64,000 nt of DNA from Candidatus Eiseniibacteriota bacterium (GCA_963762255.1 CAVXKA010000001.1:832001-896000), one strand, 5' to 3'; positions 8,771 to 17,851 are shown, numbered from the stretch's first letter. Numbers and translations are program-made. Notes: generated from the letters alone by a model not told the origin.

Positions 8771-9484
8771 ATGCCAAGAAGACCTCGACCGATGCGGACA
8801 CGGCGCAGTGAGCACTGGCTCCGTGCTGCCGTGAATAAGCATTCGGAGCCCCTGAATGCACGGGTGCGTACCGTTCTTGGACTTGCGCCCAATGACGCGA
8901 TCCACTGGCTCTCCCCGCTGGCGGATGACGAGTTTGCGGAATACTACGACGAGGCATTTCTCGAGAGGCTCGAGATCAGAGGACTGTCAGTGCCCCTGAG
9001 CGAGTTTTGGCCAGCAGGCGGTCCCAGGTGGGATGGGTTGGCACGCACGAGTTCTGGTGAGCACATCCTGGTTGAGGCCAAGGCATACGTGGAAGAGGCC
9101 GTGGACTACCGCAGCCGAGCCGGGGAATCCTCTCTGATCAAGATCCGCTACGCCTTGGGATTGGCGAAGGAGGCGTTCCGCGCATCGGCCGAAGGATCGT
9201 GGGAGCGGCCCTTCTACCAGTACGCCAACCGTTTGGCGCATCTCCACTTCTTGCGGGGTCTGAATGGAGTGAAGGCGCGTCTTCTCTTCTTGTATTTCGC
9301 CGATGCACCAGATGTTCCCCGGCCCTGTAGCGAGGACCAGTGGATTGGTGCAATCCGGCTGATCAACAAGGTGCTTGGGCTGGGTGAACACCCATACCAA
9401 CCGCATGTTGGACACCTAATATGGAGCGTCCAGGATCTGCTCTCAGACCAGTCGTTACAGCCGCCGCCCGCGCCTGGGGAGTAG
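8771..9484 (+). CDS. Hypothetical protein with PD-(D/E)xK nuclease-like motif, gene cassette 7
   Basis: PRWDGLA...ILVEAKA catalytic-like motif and YQYANRLAHL. The stop codon lies inside the following attC. Confidence 0.6.
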   Translation: MPRRPRPMRTRRSEHWLRAAVNKHSEPLNARVRTVLGLAPNDAIHWLSPLADDEFAEYYDEAFLERLEIRGLSVPLSEFWPAGGPRWDGLARTSSGEHILVEAKAYVEEAVDYRSRAGESSLIKIRYALGLAKEAFRASAEGSWERPFYQYANRLAHLHFLRGLNGVKARLLFLYFADAPDVPRPCSEDQWIGAIRLINKVLGLGEHPYQPHVGHLIWSVQDLLSDQSLQPPPAPGE

Positions 9485-9500
9485 GATCCGCGCTTGAAGG
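9442..9500 (+). mobile_element. Left half of attC site 7 (attC2/5 family)
   Basis: CTGCTCTCAGAC (9437-9448) matches the reverse complement of GTTAGAGAGCAG (8757-8768) at 10 of 12 positions. It continues CAGCCGCCGCCCGC...GGGGAGTAGGAT...TTGAAGG as in attC5, then stops. Confidence 0.75.
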
Positions 9501-9501
9501 C

Positions 9502-10188
9502 ATGACATCGGAGAGCGCAATGAGGCACTGTGGACCGTGGATAGCAGCTCCTGTGATCTGGTTAGCCCTTTCCGGCCATGCGCCCCCGGTTCTTGGCGGG
9601 GAGTGCACTGAAGGGGAGGACCACTATCTTACGGACATTGAGATCCACGGATCGCAAGCGCACGACGAGAGCTTCCACTGCCTACAATGGACGGCGGCTG
9701 ACTGGAGCAAGTGGGCCGGCCCGATCGCTGGCTCCATGTTCGAGGAGTGCCGACGATCGCCGATTCGTGAACGATTGACCGCGGCATGCACACCGCTGCT
9801 CGCCGACACCGCGCGGGTGACCCTCGAGTGGCGGATCCCTCGGTACCGAGCAGCCGTGTTGCTCGCTTCGTACGGCATACCTCGCGTTGCCGACCAGGAT
9901 ATCTTTGGGATCATCACCGAGGAGATGCGAGGCCGGGGCTCCTTGGGCACGGCGGACTACATGGCGCTGGCGGCCCTTCGAGACCCAAGGACGGTGCAGT
10001 TCCTGGCCGGAGAATTCGACTCTGTCGCCTCGGTGCGTGCCCCGGATCGGCTGGAGGTGATCCGGGACATTCTGAACTGCCTCTACCATGTTCCGGGAGA
10101 TTCAGCGGTCGCTCTTGCGAAGACGATCAGTGAGAGGGAGCGCGATCCCGCGATCAAGGAGAGGGCGGAGAGGGTCATTCATCGGTAG
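9502..10188 (+). CDS. Secreted hypothetical protein with HEAT-like C-terminal helices
   Basis: Hydrophobic N-terminus after ATG 9502/9520; ALAALRDPRTVQFL...IKERAERVI HEAT-like repeats. Confidence 0.6.
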   Translation: MTSESAMRHCGPWIAAPVIWLALSGHAPPVLGGECTEGEDHYLTDIEIHGSQAHDESFHCLQWTAADWSKWAGPIAGSMFEECRRSPIRERLTAACTPLLADTARVTLEWRIPRYRAAVLLASYGIPRVADQDIFGIITEEMRGRGSLGTADYMALAALRDPRTVQFLAGEFDSVASVRAPDRLEVIRDILNCLYHVPGDSAVALAKTISERERDPAIKERAERVIHR

Positions 10189-10189
10189 A

Positions 10190-10212
10190 ACTGGCCGTCG
10201 CGGGCGCGGCTG
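10190..10212 (+). mobile_element. Remnant resembling the right half of an attC2/5-family site
   Basis: ACTGGCCGTCGCGGGCGCGGCTG compared with attC2 ACCGGTTGTCGCGGGCGCGGCTG; no intact R' follows. Confidence 0.55.
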
Positions 10213-10237
10213 GGTGACGGAGCGACAAGTACACCCT

Positions 10238-10855
10238 ATGCGACGTTGGTCAATCCTCGTAGCCGGCGTTTCCCAGATCGCCGTGGGCCTGTCTCAGGTG
10301 GCGGCCTTCCCGGCGATCGATTGCTTCCCGGTTGGGCCGTACGGCTTGTCTCAACAGGACTCCAGCGTTGTGTCCGGCGCGTTGAGCCTGGATGGGTGGA
10401 GCCGGATCTGTCTCCAGGTGCGAGATCCCGGCTGGGACGCGACTGATTGCGAATACGTGTACCCCACGGACGTGTTCCGCCTGGCTGATTGTCGGGAGGA
10501 CACTCTTCGCTTGGCTGGCTGCGCCGGCGACTTCGACGGTGACGGGCAGCGGGATGTTGCGCTGCTTGTCAAGCGGATCGGAGACGGTAGCGTTCGAGCC
10601 TTCGTCCGCTTGGCCAAGGGCGATGGTTTGCACACCGTCCAATTGCCGCCGATCATGGACGAGTACGGTTTCGAAAGTGACCCGACGATCCCTCCGGGGC
10701 CCTTCTGCATTCGCAAGCCAGTCTCTGGTACGGTCCATTTCCAAAGCGAATATGGGGATTACACGTACTCGCCGAAGGGAGATCTCTTGGTTCTGGGCTG
10801 GGAGACGTATGCATGGGGCGACACGGGCTTTGTGGTCGTCCACACGGCGGACTGA
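10238..10855 (+). CDS. Secreted hypothetical protein with one FG-GAP/VCBS-like Ca-binding motif
   Basis: Signal-like MRRWSILVAG...; GDFDGDGQRDVALL. Confidence 0.6.
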   Translation: MRRWSILVAGVSQIAVGLSQVAAFPAIDCFPVGPYGLSQQDSSVVSGALSLDGWSRICLQVRDPGWDATDCEYVYPTDVFRLADCREDTLRLAGCAGDFDGDGQRDVALLVKRIGDGSVRAFVRLAKGDGLHTVQLPPIMDEYGFESDPTIPPGPFCIRKPVSGTVHFQSEYGDYTYSPKGDLLVLGWETYAWGDTGFVVVHTAD

Positions 10856-10938
10856 GTCGATGGCGTGCCACGCGCCATCGGGCGGCTTGCGCCCGGTGCT
10901 ATAGTCGAATCTACCCCATGCCTCTTCGGAGGTCGCTG

Positions 10939-11691
10939 ATGACATGTCCATGTTGCTCGTACGCGATTCGACTGCTCGTCACTTCGCTGGCTCTGATCGG
11001 GGTATCGAGCGTTTCGGCGTGGGCCGGGACCAATCCCAACGCGGTCTTCGCGCTCCACGCCAAGGCCCACACGACCAAGCCCGTGTCCATATGCACGACG
11101 CGGAGCCCGAATAGCGGCACCCCGATCCCGTGCACCAGCTACGTCACCCAATGGCCTCTCGCCACAAGCGCGGATGTCTACCTCGTGGTAGCGCGCGGCG
11201 ATTCGGTGACCGGTATCGTCGGCGCTTCCTGCGGGGTCCAGTACAACCAGGCAGTCGGCATGGGCGTCGATATGCACGGTTGGACGCTGTGCGCCGACTT
11301 GGAGTCCATCAGCGCCGGCCCCAACGGCGGATGGCCGAACTCCGGCGGCGGCAACCGCATGACCTGGGTGGCGTCGACGAACTGCCAGCGGACGGTGGCT
11401 GGCGACCAGGGCGTGCACGCGGTGGCGGGTGCGTTCTACGTCTATGCCTATGGCACGGATGTCCTCAACCTCACGGAAAACAAGAACGTGGCGTTTCCCG
11501 AACTGGCCGTGGCCAACTGCTCCGGCCATACGGACCATCTCCCTTGGGCTCGGGTCGCGTTCGTGACATTCTCGGCGGGCGGTGTACTCGAGGGCTGCAA
11601 TCCCTGCACAGAGCCCAACGCGTCCTGTGAACGACCTGTGCCTGCGCTGCCCACCACCTGGAGCAATCTGAAGCAGAGGTTCGGGGGGTAG
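10939..11691 (+). CDS. Secreted Cys-rich protein with C-terminal TWxxLK tail
   Basis: GGAGG RBS at 10928; signal peptide ending AWA; C-terminus PTTWSNLKQRFGG. Confidence 0.8.
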   Translation: MTCPCCSYAIRLLVTSLALIGVSSVSAWAGTNPNAVFALHAKAHTTKPVSICTTRSPNSGTPIPCTSYVTQWPLATSADVYLVVARGDSVTGIVGASCGVQYNQAVGMGVDMHGWTLCADLESISAGPNGGWPNSGGGNRMTWVASTNCQRTVAGDQGVHAVAGAFYVYAYGTDVLNLTENKNVAFPELAVANCSGHTDHLPWARVAFVTFSAGGVLEGCNPCTEPNASCERPVPALPTTWSNLKQRFGG

Positions 11692-11859
11692 GCCGCGCAA
11701 GGACCGAGATGATCACCGGTGGTGGGGTTCGTGACTCTGGCGAGGATGGTAAGCTCACCGCACAATCCGTCTCGCGGAGCGCCTCAATTCACATAGGGCA
11801 GGGCCAGCGCCCGTCGTAACCGGGGGTCGTCATTACTCGCAACGCGCGATAAGTCTCGG

Positions 11860-12032
11860 GCAGAATCTCGTCTTCCTCAGGCGTTCCTGATCGCGCTGGC
11901 GACCTTCGGTATCATTGCTCTGAGCTTCTTGAGCTTGCGGTCATCCGGTGGTCGGCAGCGCAGATCAGGGTCTTTGCCTATTTCAACAACCTGGTCCTGA
12001 TCGGGGCATTCTTGGGGATGGCGCAGTTCTGA
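11860..12032 (+). pseudogene. N-terminal fragment of a membrane-bound spermidine-synthase-like protein
   Basis: AFLIALATFGIIAL, then a frameshift at a duplicated TGAGCTT, then LELAVIRWSAAQIRVFAYFNNLVLIGAFLGM and an early stop. Confidence 0.5.
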
Positions 12033-12040
12033 CCCAGACA

Positions 12041-12074
12041 CAAGAAGGGCCGCCCCCGCGAACGAGGGCGGCCC
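12041..12074 (-). terminator. Rho-independent terminator
   Basis: GGGCCGCCC / GGGCGGCCC stem followed by TTCTTG on the minus strand, just past the stop at 12095. Confidence 0.65.
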
Positions 12075-12094
12075 CTGACGGCGGTCAAGCCATG

Positions 12095-12805
12095 TCAGCG
12101 ATAGAGGGCCTTGATTCTGCCGAAGGTCGTGGGCTCGGTGGGCACGATGCACTCCTGAATATCGATCGTCGCGGTGTAGATTACGCCGCTGACGACGAGG
12201 GCGGCGTCGCGGTTGTAGATCTGCAGTTGGTTGCTGCCGCAGTGCAGGAGCGAGGTGACATCGACTCCGCCGACCTGAGTTTCCGCGGCGTAGCTGCCGG
12301 TATTGATGCTCGGAGTGACGGCGACACCATTGATATAGACGCCGTCCAGATTGGGACCGCCGTAGATGCCGTCGCCGAGGGCGTCATCGCCCGACCAGCA
12401 GAAGTTCAGGGTCGCGGACTTGATGCAGCAGGTCTGCACGGTGAAGTTCTGACAGTAGAGCGCGGAGGCGGGCGTGCCGACAGGGTCGGTGCCGATCCAG
12501 CGAGCCAGCGGATCGCAGGCGAGCTGCTGGAGCCATGCCCCGTGGGGAGTCATGACGATGGCGGGGCGGCCGGCACAGGCGGCCGCAAAGTCGGCCGCGG
12601 TGAAGGGAAGGGGGGAAAGCGCGGTGCTCCCCACCCCGACCAGCATGTTGATCTGCGGATCGGGGCTACCGATGGGAGCATTGCCGCTGCGCAGGACGAC
12701 GGTCTCCGCCGCCACCGGTGCGGCGCTGCCGAGTGCGAGCACACACAAGCAGGACACCAGGGCGATGCCAAGAACGCGAATCGCATGATCGTTTCGCCTG
12801 AACAT
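12095..12805 (-). CDS. Secreted beta-sandwich/lectin-like protein with C-terminal TFGRIKALYR tail
   Basis: GAGG RBS; signal peptide ending VAA; VYINGV...VTSLLHCGSNQLQI jelly-roll-like pattern; C-terminus PTEPTTFGRIKALYR. Confidence 0.8.
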   Translation of the reverse strand: MFRRNDHAIRVLGIALVSCLCVLALGSAAPVAAETVVLRSGNAPIGSPDPQINMLVGVGSTALSPLPFTAADFAAACAGRPAIVMTPHGAWLQQLACDPLARWIGTDPVGTPASALYCQNFTVQTCCIKSATLNFCWSGDDALGDGIYGGPNLDGVYINGVAVTPSINTGSYAAETQVGGVDVTSLLHCGSNQLQIYNRDAALVVSGVIYTATIDIQECIVPTEPTTFGRIKALYR

Positions 12806-13143
12806 GATGAGACCTCTTTGGGTGGGGTTTGATTGGATCGAACGGGAGCGACGCAAATAGACGACAGGAAGAGCCGACTCAGTTGCAAACAGGACTAGTT
12901 TAGTCGTAATTATGTGCGATGGCAAGCTCAAGCAGATGGGCCCGAAATTCTCCCGCCTGCCGGGGGGGCGATTCCGCCCTGATGGGTGCCGCAAGGCGCC
13001 CCGCGACTTCCTGCAATAGCTTCGATATCAATCACTTTCGCTCCCGTAGCGTTTGACGAGAACTCCTGTTGACTCGTTAGATGACAAATATTATCATCTT
13101 TACCTGACAGCAGATACGCTTCCCAAGACGAAAGGGGTCCGAC

Positions 13144-13530
13144 ATGCGGATTTCCAAGAACGACGTTCCGGTCAAGATCGATGCTCCGGGCGCCGTCGCC
13201 CGCCAGTTGAAGGACTTCGGCGATGCGACCGGATACGGCAAGATCGGCGGCGAGTACTTCTCGCTTGCTGCAGGAACGGACATCACCCCCCTCCTGCAAG
13301 GGCTCAAGGACGACCTCTGCCAGGCGCCGCACTGGGGCTATCTGTCGAAGGGCGCGCTCACCGTCACCTACGCCGACCGCACCCATGAATCGGTGACCGG
13401 CGGCGATTTGTTCTACTGGCCGCCCGGGCACACGGTGCGCGCGGATGCCGACGCCGAGATCATCCTCTTCAGCCCTCAGCACGAACACAGCCAGGTCATA
13501 GACCACATTCTCGCCAAGATGCAGGGCTGA
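13144..13530 (+). CDS. Cupin-domain protein
   Basis: CQAPHWGY...GDLFYWPPGH cupin motifs. Confidence 0.8.
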   Translation: MRISKNDVPVKIDAPGAVARQLKDFGDATGYGKIGGEYFSLAAGTDITPLLQGLKDDLCQAPHWGYLSKGALTVTYADRTHESVTGGDLFYWPPGHTVRADADAEIILFSPQHEHSQVIDHILAKMQG

Positions 13531-13662
13531 TCGCCTCGCGGTCCGCCCTGGTTGTCGCGCGACGCATGAGCATCAGCAATCGCGCGGCGCGCCACTCTCC
13601 AAGGCGGGTCCGCAAGCCCCGGCATTCAGTGGCTCGCGAGTCTGGAGTGCTAGGATTCCCGC

Positions 13663-14376
13663 ATGCCAAAGATGCTGGACGTGTTCGGAGATGTTCTCTA
13701 TCGCGCCCACGAGTGGAGAACAGAGAAGCGCTTCGATCGGAAGATCCGCCGCGGGTTCCTTCGCGAGGAGCCTCGCTATCGCCCGATCACAGAGATCGGT
13801 GAAAGCCTCTACGCTGGCGCGCCGCCGGGGTCGGTTGAGCACGCTCACATCCAGCGTTACGACTTTGCAGGCCAACGGATTTCGCCGGGTCTCGTGCTCA
13901 ACGCGGCCTGCGGCTCAGGGTATGGGAGTGAAATCCTGGGTCGATCGGGATCCAAGGTGGTCGGCGTCGATCTCTTCAGAGAGCCGCTGAAGCTCGCGCG
14001 CACGCAGTTCGGCAAGCATCTCTACGTGCGCGCCGACATCGTCGATCTGGGGATGTTTGTGTCGGATCGCTTCGACGCGGCGGTCAGCTTCGAGACCATC
14101 GAGCACATCTCCGATCCGCATCACGGGATCGGGGAGATGAAGCGACTGCTGCGACCGGGGGGATCGTTCCTCGGCTCGATCCCCATCCAGATCCTCCACC
14201 ATCCGGGAACGAATTTCACGTTCTCTCAAGCGTGGAACTTGGTGGAGCGCCACTTTCCGGGAAGCGAGCGGTTCCTCCAGGACAATCGGCGCATTCTGCC
14301 CTTCTCGGACGCGTCGTGGCGCACCGTGCGGTTCGAGAAGGACAAATTCCTGATCTTCCACTGGGTCAAGCGCTGA
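13663..14376 (+). CDS. Class I SAM-dependent methyltransferase
   Basis: HIQRYDFA, VLNAACGSGYG, VVGVD, FDAAVSFETIEH, LLRPGG. Confidence 0.85.
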   Translation: MPKMLDVFGDVLYRAHEWRTEKRFDRKIRRGFLREEPRYRPITEIGESLYAGAPPGSVEHAHIQRYDFAGQRISPGLVLNAACGSGYGSEILGRSGSKVVGVDLFREPLKLARTQFGKHLYVRADIVDLGMFVSDRFDAAVSFETIEHISDPHHGIGEMKRLLRPGGSFLGSIPIQILHHPGTNFTFSQAWNLVERHFPGSERFLQDNRRILPFSDASWRTVRFEKDKFLIFHWVKR

Positions 14377-14400
14377 CCCGGATCTGTCCCCGCAATGCAC

Positions 14401-15219
14401 TCACTTCTGGGGTGGCGGGCCGCCGAGGGACCCCGTCGACTCCGGCATCGACGCGGTCTTGGGCTTGGGCGCGGGCGGGGACTTGATTTCACCCGCGTAG
14501 TCATCTCCCAACGCGTGTTGCCGGAGCGCGGTGAGGTCATGGTAGCCGACGACGGCATCTTGGATGACACCGTTGCGGTCAATGAAGAACGTGGTCGGTA
14601 TCGACGCGATGCCGGAGTATGGAAGCGGCAGGTCCTTGCCGGAGGCAACGGGGTAGTTCATGCCCTTCTTAGTCACGAAGGGCCGCAACGTGGCTTCGGG
14701 CTCCTGACTGATGCCGACGATCACCAGTTCGTCCGGTGAGATCAGGCTCCGCAACGCGACGAAGTGCGGAATTTCCTTCACGCACGGTCCGCACCATGTG
14801 GCCCAGAAGTCCAGCACGACGCGCTTCCCCTTCAGTTCGCTAAGGGTAAGGCTCTCCCCATCGAGAGTGGTGACGGTAAAGTCGGGTGCGGGCACGCCGA
14901 TCCACTCGTCGACTTTGACGGCGTTCTTCTCTACCTCCTCCATCGTGATCTTGAGTTGTTTGGCGAACTTGATGTAGAACGGGGTCATCGCACCGGCGAT
15001 GAACAGACCGATAAGGGAGAGGACAAGCCCGCTCCACGCCATGCGTCGAGCCGCAACGGATCTGCGCAGATGCAGGATCGCCAGCAGGAGCCCTAGGACG
15101 CCAAGCACTCCACCGACGAGGAAAAGGCCCAGGACAACGGCAAGAATGCCGAGCACGAGGCTCGCAATCGCGAGACCGATCGGCGGCCGGTCGGATTCGG
15201 GTGGTGCGTTCATGGTCAT
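14401..15219 (-). CDS. Membrane-anchored TlpA-type redoxin (DUF4190-like N-terminus)
   Basis: LAIASLVLGIL TM segments; VVLDFWATWCGPC. Confidence 0.88.
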   Translation of the reverse strand: MTMNAPPESDRPPIGLAIASLVLGILAVVLGLFLVGGVLGVLGLLLAILHLRRSVAARRMAWSGLVLSLIGLFIAGAMTPFYIKFAKQLKITMEEVEKNAVKVDEWIGVPAPDFTVTTLDGESLTLSELKGKRVVLDFWATWCGPCVKEIPHFVALRSLISPDELVIVGISQEPEATLRPFVTKKGMNYPVASGKDLPLPYSGIASIPTTFFIDRNGVIQDAVVGYHDLTALRQHALGDDYAGEIKSPPAPKPKTASMPESTGSLGGPPPQK

Positions 15220-15450
15220 GCTCTATCCTCCCGTGGCGGCAGAATATCACGGTATGCGCAAGGGGGTTGCCGGGGCCCGCGCGTCTTGGTGGTCGGCAGC
15301 GGGGAGTGCGTGACCGGCCTGCTCCGCACCCCGGCTCGGTGCTGCATGCCGTGATCCGAGGTTCTTATGTTGCGTTGCACGTACATGACAGATATACGCC
15401 TGCATCATTGTCTTGCACGCGCATTCTCGGGTTGATATTCTGCCTCCACC

Positions 15451-16491
15451 ATGAATGCCAAATCCTCCACGAGAAGAGCTAAACCGATAACCGACAACCT
15501 GATCGAGGTCCAGTCCGGCCTGCACGCCGTCCGGGGCCTGCGAGTCGGCCTCATCGATCTGGCCAGTCGTCTGACTGAAATGCACGCCGACGCGACCGCC
15601 CTCCTTGTCCTGGCCGACCCGCTGATCACCGATCGGCGCCTGGAAGAGGAGTGGGCTGCCGCCGAGCGAATCCTCCGCCCGGAGCTGTTCCAGCGCATCG
15701 CGTTGGTCGTCTCGCGGGGTGGCGGGCTCCGAGGATTTCCGCGAGATCCCGACACGACGACCCATCTCAGGGTGGAGCGCGCCCTCAAGACCGGCCCCGA
15801 CTCGACGGGCCTCCGCCTCCCGCGAGCCGACACCTACCCGGAGATTCTCAAGGTCCTGGTCGCACGCCACCTGACCGGCTCCGGACCGATAACCGCGGAC
15901 GCGCTCGCGCGAATTGTCGGCTGCAACTACCGCACAATCGCCCGCGCTCTGGCGCGCCTTCGCCCGTCTCTCGACCGGCGGTCCGATCGGCGCATCGAGC
16001 TCCGCGAATTCCCCCGCGACGAATGGGCGGGGCTTGTCGCGCTCGGCGACCGAGCCCGCACCTCGATCCGGTTCATCGACACCTCTGGACAACCCCGCTC
16101 GCCGCAGTCGCTGGTCACGCGGCTCGAGAAGCTGGGGCGCCACGATGTCGCGGTCGGCGGCATGGTCGGCGCCGCGCACCACTCTCCGAAGATCGACCCC
16201 GCCGGCAGCCCGCGCCTCGATCTCTCCGTCCACTGCCCGGCAAATTCGCTTGATCTCGCGTTCGTCGGTCGCCTCGACCCCGCGCTCTCGCGGTCGAACG
16301 ACCCGACCGTCCCCGCTGCCCTCGTGCTGCACATCGTGCGCCGCCGCGAGGCCCTCTTCGATGTGGACACGAGCGGCCTTCGCTGGGCGGACCCCGCCGA
16401 ATGCCTCCTCGATCTGCACGAAGCTCGGCTTGAAACGCAGGCGCGTCTCTTGATTGACGGGTTGGCGGCCCGGATGCGAGTCGCGCCGTGA
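15451..16491 (+). CDS. HTH protein resembling AbiEi/type IV TA antitoxins
   Basis: HTH ITADALARIVGCNYRTIARAL; AVGGMVGA; C-terminal ADPAECLLDL. Confidence 0.5.
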   Translation: MNAKSSTRRAKPITDNLIEVQSGLHAVRGLRVGLIDLASRLTEMHADATALLVLADPLITDRRLEEEWAAAERILRPELFQRIALVVSRGGGLRGFPRDPDTTTHLRVERALKTGPDSTGLRLPRADTYPEILKVLVARHLTGSGPITADALARIVGCNYRTIARALARLRPSLDRRSDRRIELREFPRDEWAGLVALGDRARTSIRFIDTSGQPRSPQSLVTRLEKLGRHDVAVGGMVGAAHHSPKIDPAGSPRLDLSVHCPANSLDLAFVGRLDPALSRSNDPTVPAALVLHIVRRREALFDVDTSGLRWADPAECLLDLHEARLETQARLLIDGLAARMRVAP

Positions 16492-17030
16492 ACGCAGCGG
16501 AGCTGGCGGAACTGATCGCCGCGGACGCGCCAGCGGATAGCGAGTTCGGCGCCCTACTCGAGTTTCGTCCGCTGATCGTCAACGGCGCGCGTCGCCCGCG
16601 CCCGGAGATGCTGGCGCTTGCGCACCTGCTCGAACACCCGGCGATCGAGCCGGATCTCGTTGGAGGCCCGTTCTACGAGAATCGCGCCATCAAGCGTTCG
16701 AACGAGGATCTCGGTCGCGTGCTCGCCATCGCGCGCCTGAGCACGGAGGAGGAGATCGTCGCGTGGGCGGCCGCCTGGGAGGACGCGCTGGAGAACTGTT
16801 TCCCTTCACGTTGGGAGTCGTTGGGTCGGCGCGTGGGCGCGGGATTGCGAGCGCTCCTCGCGAGCGACCGCGACATGAAAGAGGCCCACACCGCGTGCGC
16901 CAACGGACTCCTCGCGACGCTGCCGGTCACTGCGGAGCAGCTACGCCTCACCGGGTTCCGCCTGCTCCAGGACGCGGTCGAGCCGCTGGAGCATTCCGCC
17001 GGCGGGTGGGACCACAGTCCACCCGGGTGA
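16488..17030 (+). pseudogene. Probable truncated nucleotidyltransferase-like (AbiEii-type) partner
   Basis: GTGA overlap with the upstream gene. It has a KRSNEDLGRVLA helical C-terminal region but no N-terminal GS/DxD catalytic region. Confidence 0.4.
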
Positions 17031-17068
17031 ACCGGCGGCCGCCCCGCCCGTCACAGCTCGGACCCTCC

Positions 17069-17407
17069 TCACCCCCCGATGATCTCGTTCAGGCCTTCGA
17101 TCATCCGGGTGATCACCTCGGGTGCGACGCGGCCAAGTTTGCGACCGATGCGGTCCACGGACAGCGTGCGGATCTGACTGATCTTCACCCAGGAGCGTTT
17201 GGGGAGGCCGGCCGAGCCGAGTTCCAGCGTCAGCGGGAATCCCGCCTGCTGCGGCTGACTCGTCAGCGCCACGGCGATCACGGTTCCGGACCGCTCGTTG
17301 AAGATGTCGTGGCTGAGGATGAGGACCGGTCGCATCCCTGCCTGCTCGCGCCCCTGGGCCGGATTGAGGTCGGCCCACCGGATCTCTCCCCTTAGTACTC
17401 TGGCCAT
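17069..17407 (-). CDS. mazF: PemK/MazF family toxin
   Basis: RGEIRWADLNP.QGREQAGMRPVLILS...SQIRTLS. Confidence 0.9.
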   Translation of the reverse strand: MARVLRGEIRWADLNPAQGREQAGMRPVLILSHDIFNERSGTVIAVALTSQPQQAGFPLTLELGSAGLPKRSWVKISQIRTLSVDRIGRKLGRVAPEVITRMIEGLNEIIGG

Positions 17408-17634
17408 TCGGACACATCCGCTGCCAGGCCCTCGTCGGCGAGGGCTTTCTCGTAGGTGGGATCCAGCTTCGCGCACTCGCGGGCCAGCCGTCCTTTTTCC
17501 AGGCGATCGAGCTTCTCGTCCAGCGCATCTTGGATGGCCCGGCTCCGATTCGGGAACTCCCTGTCGGCCACCAACCCGTCCAGCCTTTCCAAAGTCTTGT
17601 TGTCCAGTGTGATCGCGATCTTCGACTTCTTCAT
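17392..17634 (-). CDS. Ribbon-helix-helix (CopG) antitoxin
   Basis: KIAITLD...NRSRAIQDAL; GGAGG RBS; overlaps the toxin start. Confidence 0.88.
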   Translation of the reverse strand: MKKSKIAITLDNKTLERLDGLVADREFPNRSRAIQDALDEKLDRLEKGRLARECAKLDPTYEKALADEGLAADVSEWPEY

Positions 17635-17645
17635 GGCCGCCTCCG

Positions 17646-17666
17646 GGTATGATGATATGTCATACC
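17646..17666. promoter_or_regulatory. Palindromic operator of the TA operon
   Basis: GGTATGA-N7-TCATACC immediately upstream of the RHH antitoxin RBS. Confidence 0.6.
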
Positions 17667-17689
17667 AGCGCGTGGAGCAAAGGAGCAAA

Positions 17690-17851
17690 GGGGTGGAACA
17701 CTCGGGGGATGAAGAGAGAATCTACGCGTTGGGGCACACCCACGCAGGCCGGCATCTCTTCATCGTATGGACGGTTCGCGAACGGGAGATCCGGGTCAGC
17801 TCGGCCCGCGACATGAGCACGAAAGAGCGCAAGGTTTATCGATCGTCATGA
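17690..17851 (+). pseudogene. brnT: BrnT toxin, 5'-truncated
   Basis: HSGDEERIYALG...LFIVWTVRE..IRVSSARDMSTKERKVY is the C-terminal half only. ATGA overlap with the antitoxin. Confidence 0.8.

Noticed and set aside
2112-9500. Repeats considered as a CRISPR array
   Set aside because: The spacers are whole genes, the repeats are long and imperfect with attC cores, and no cas genes are present.
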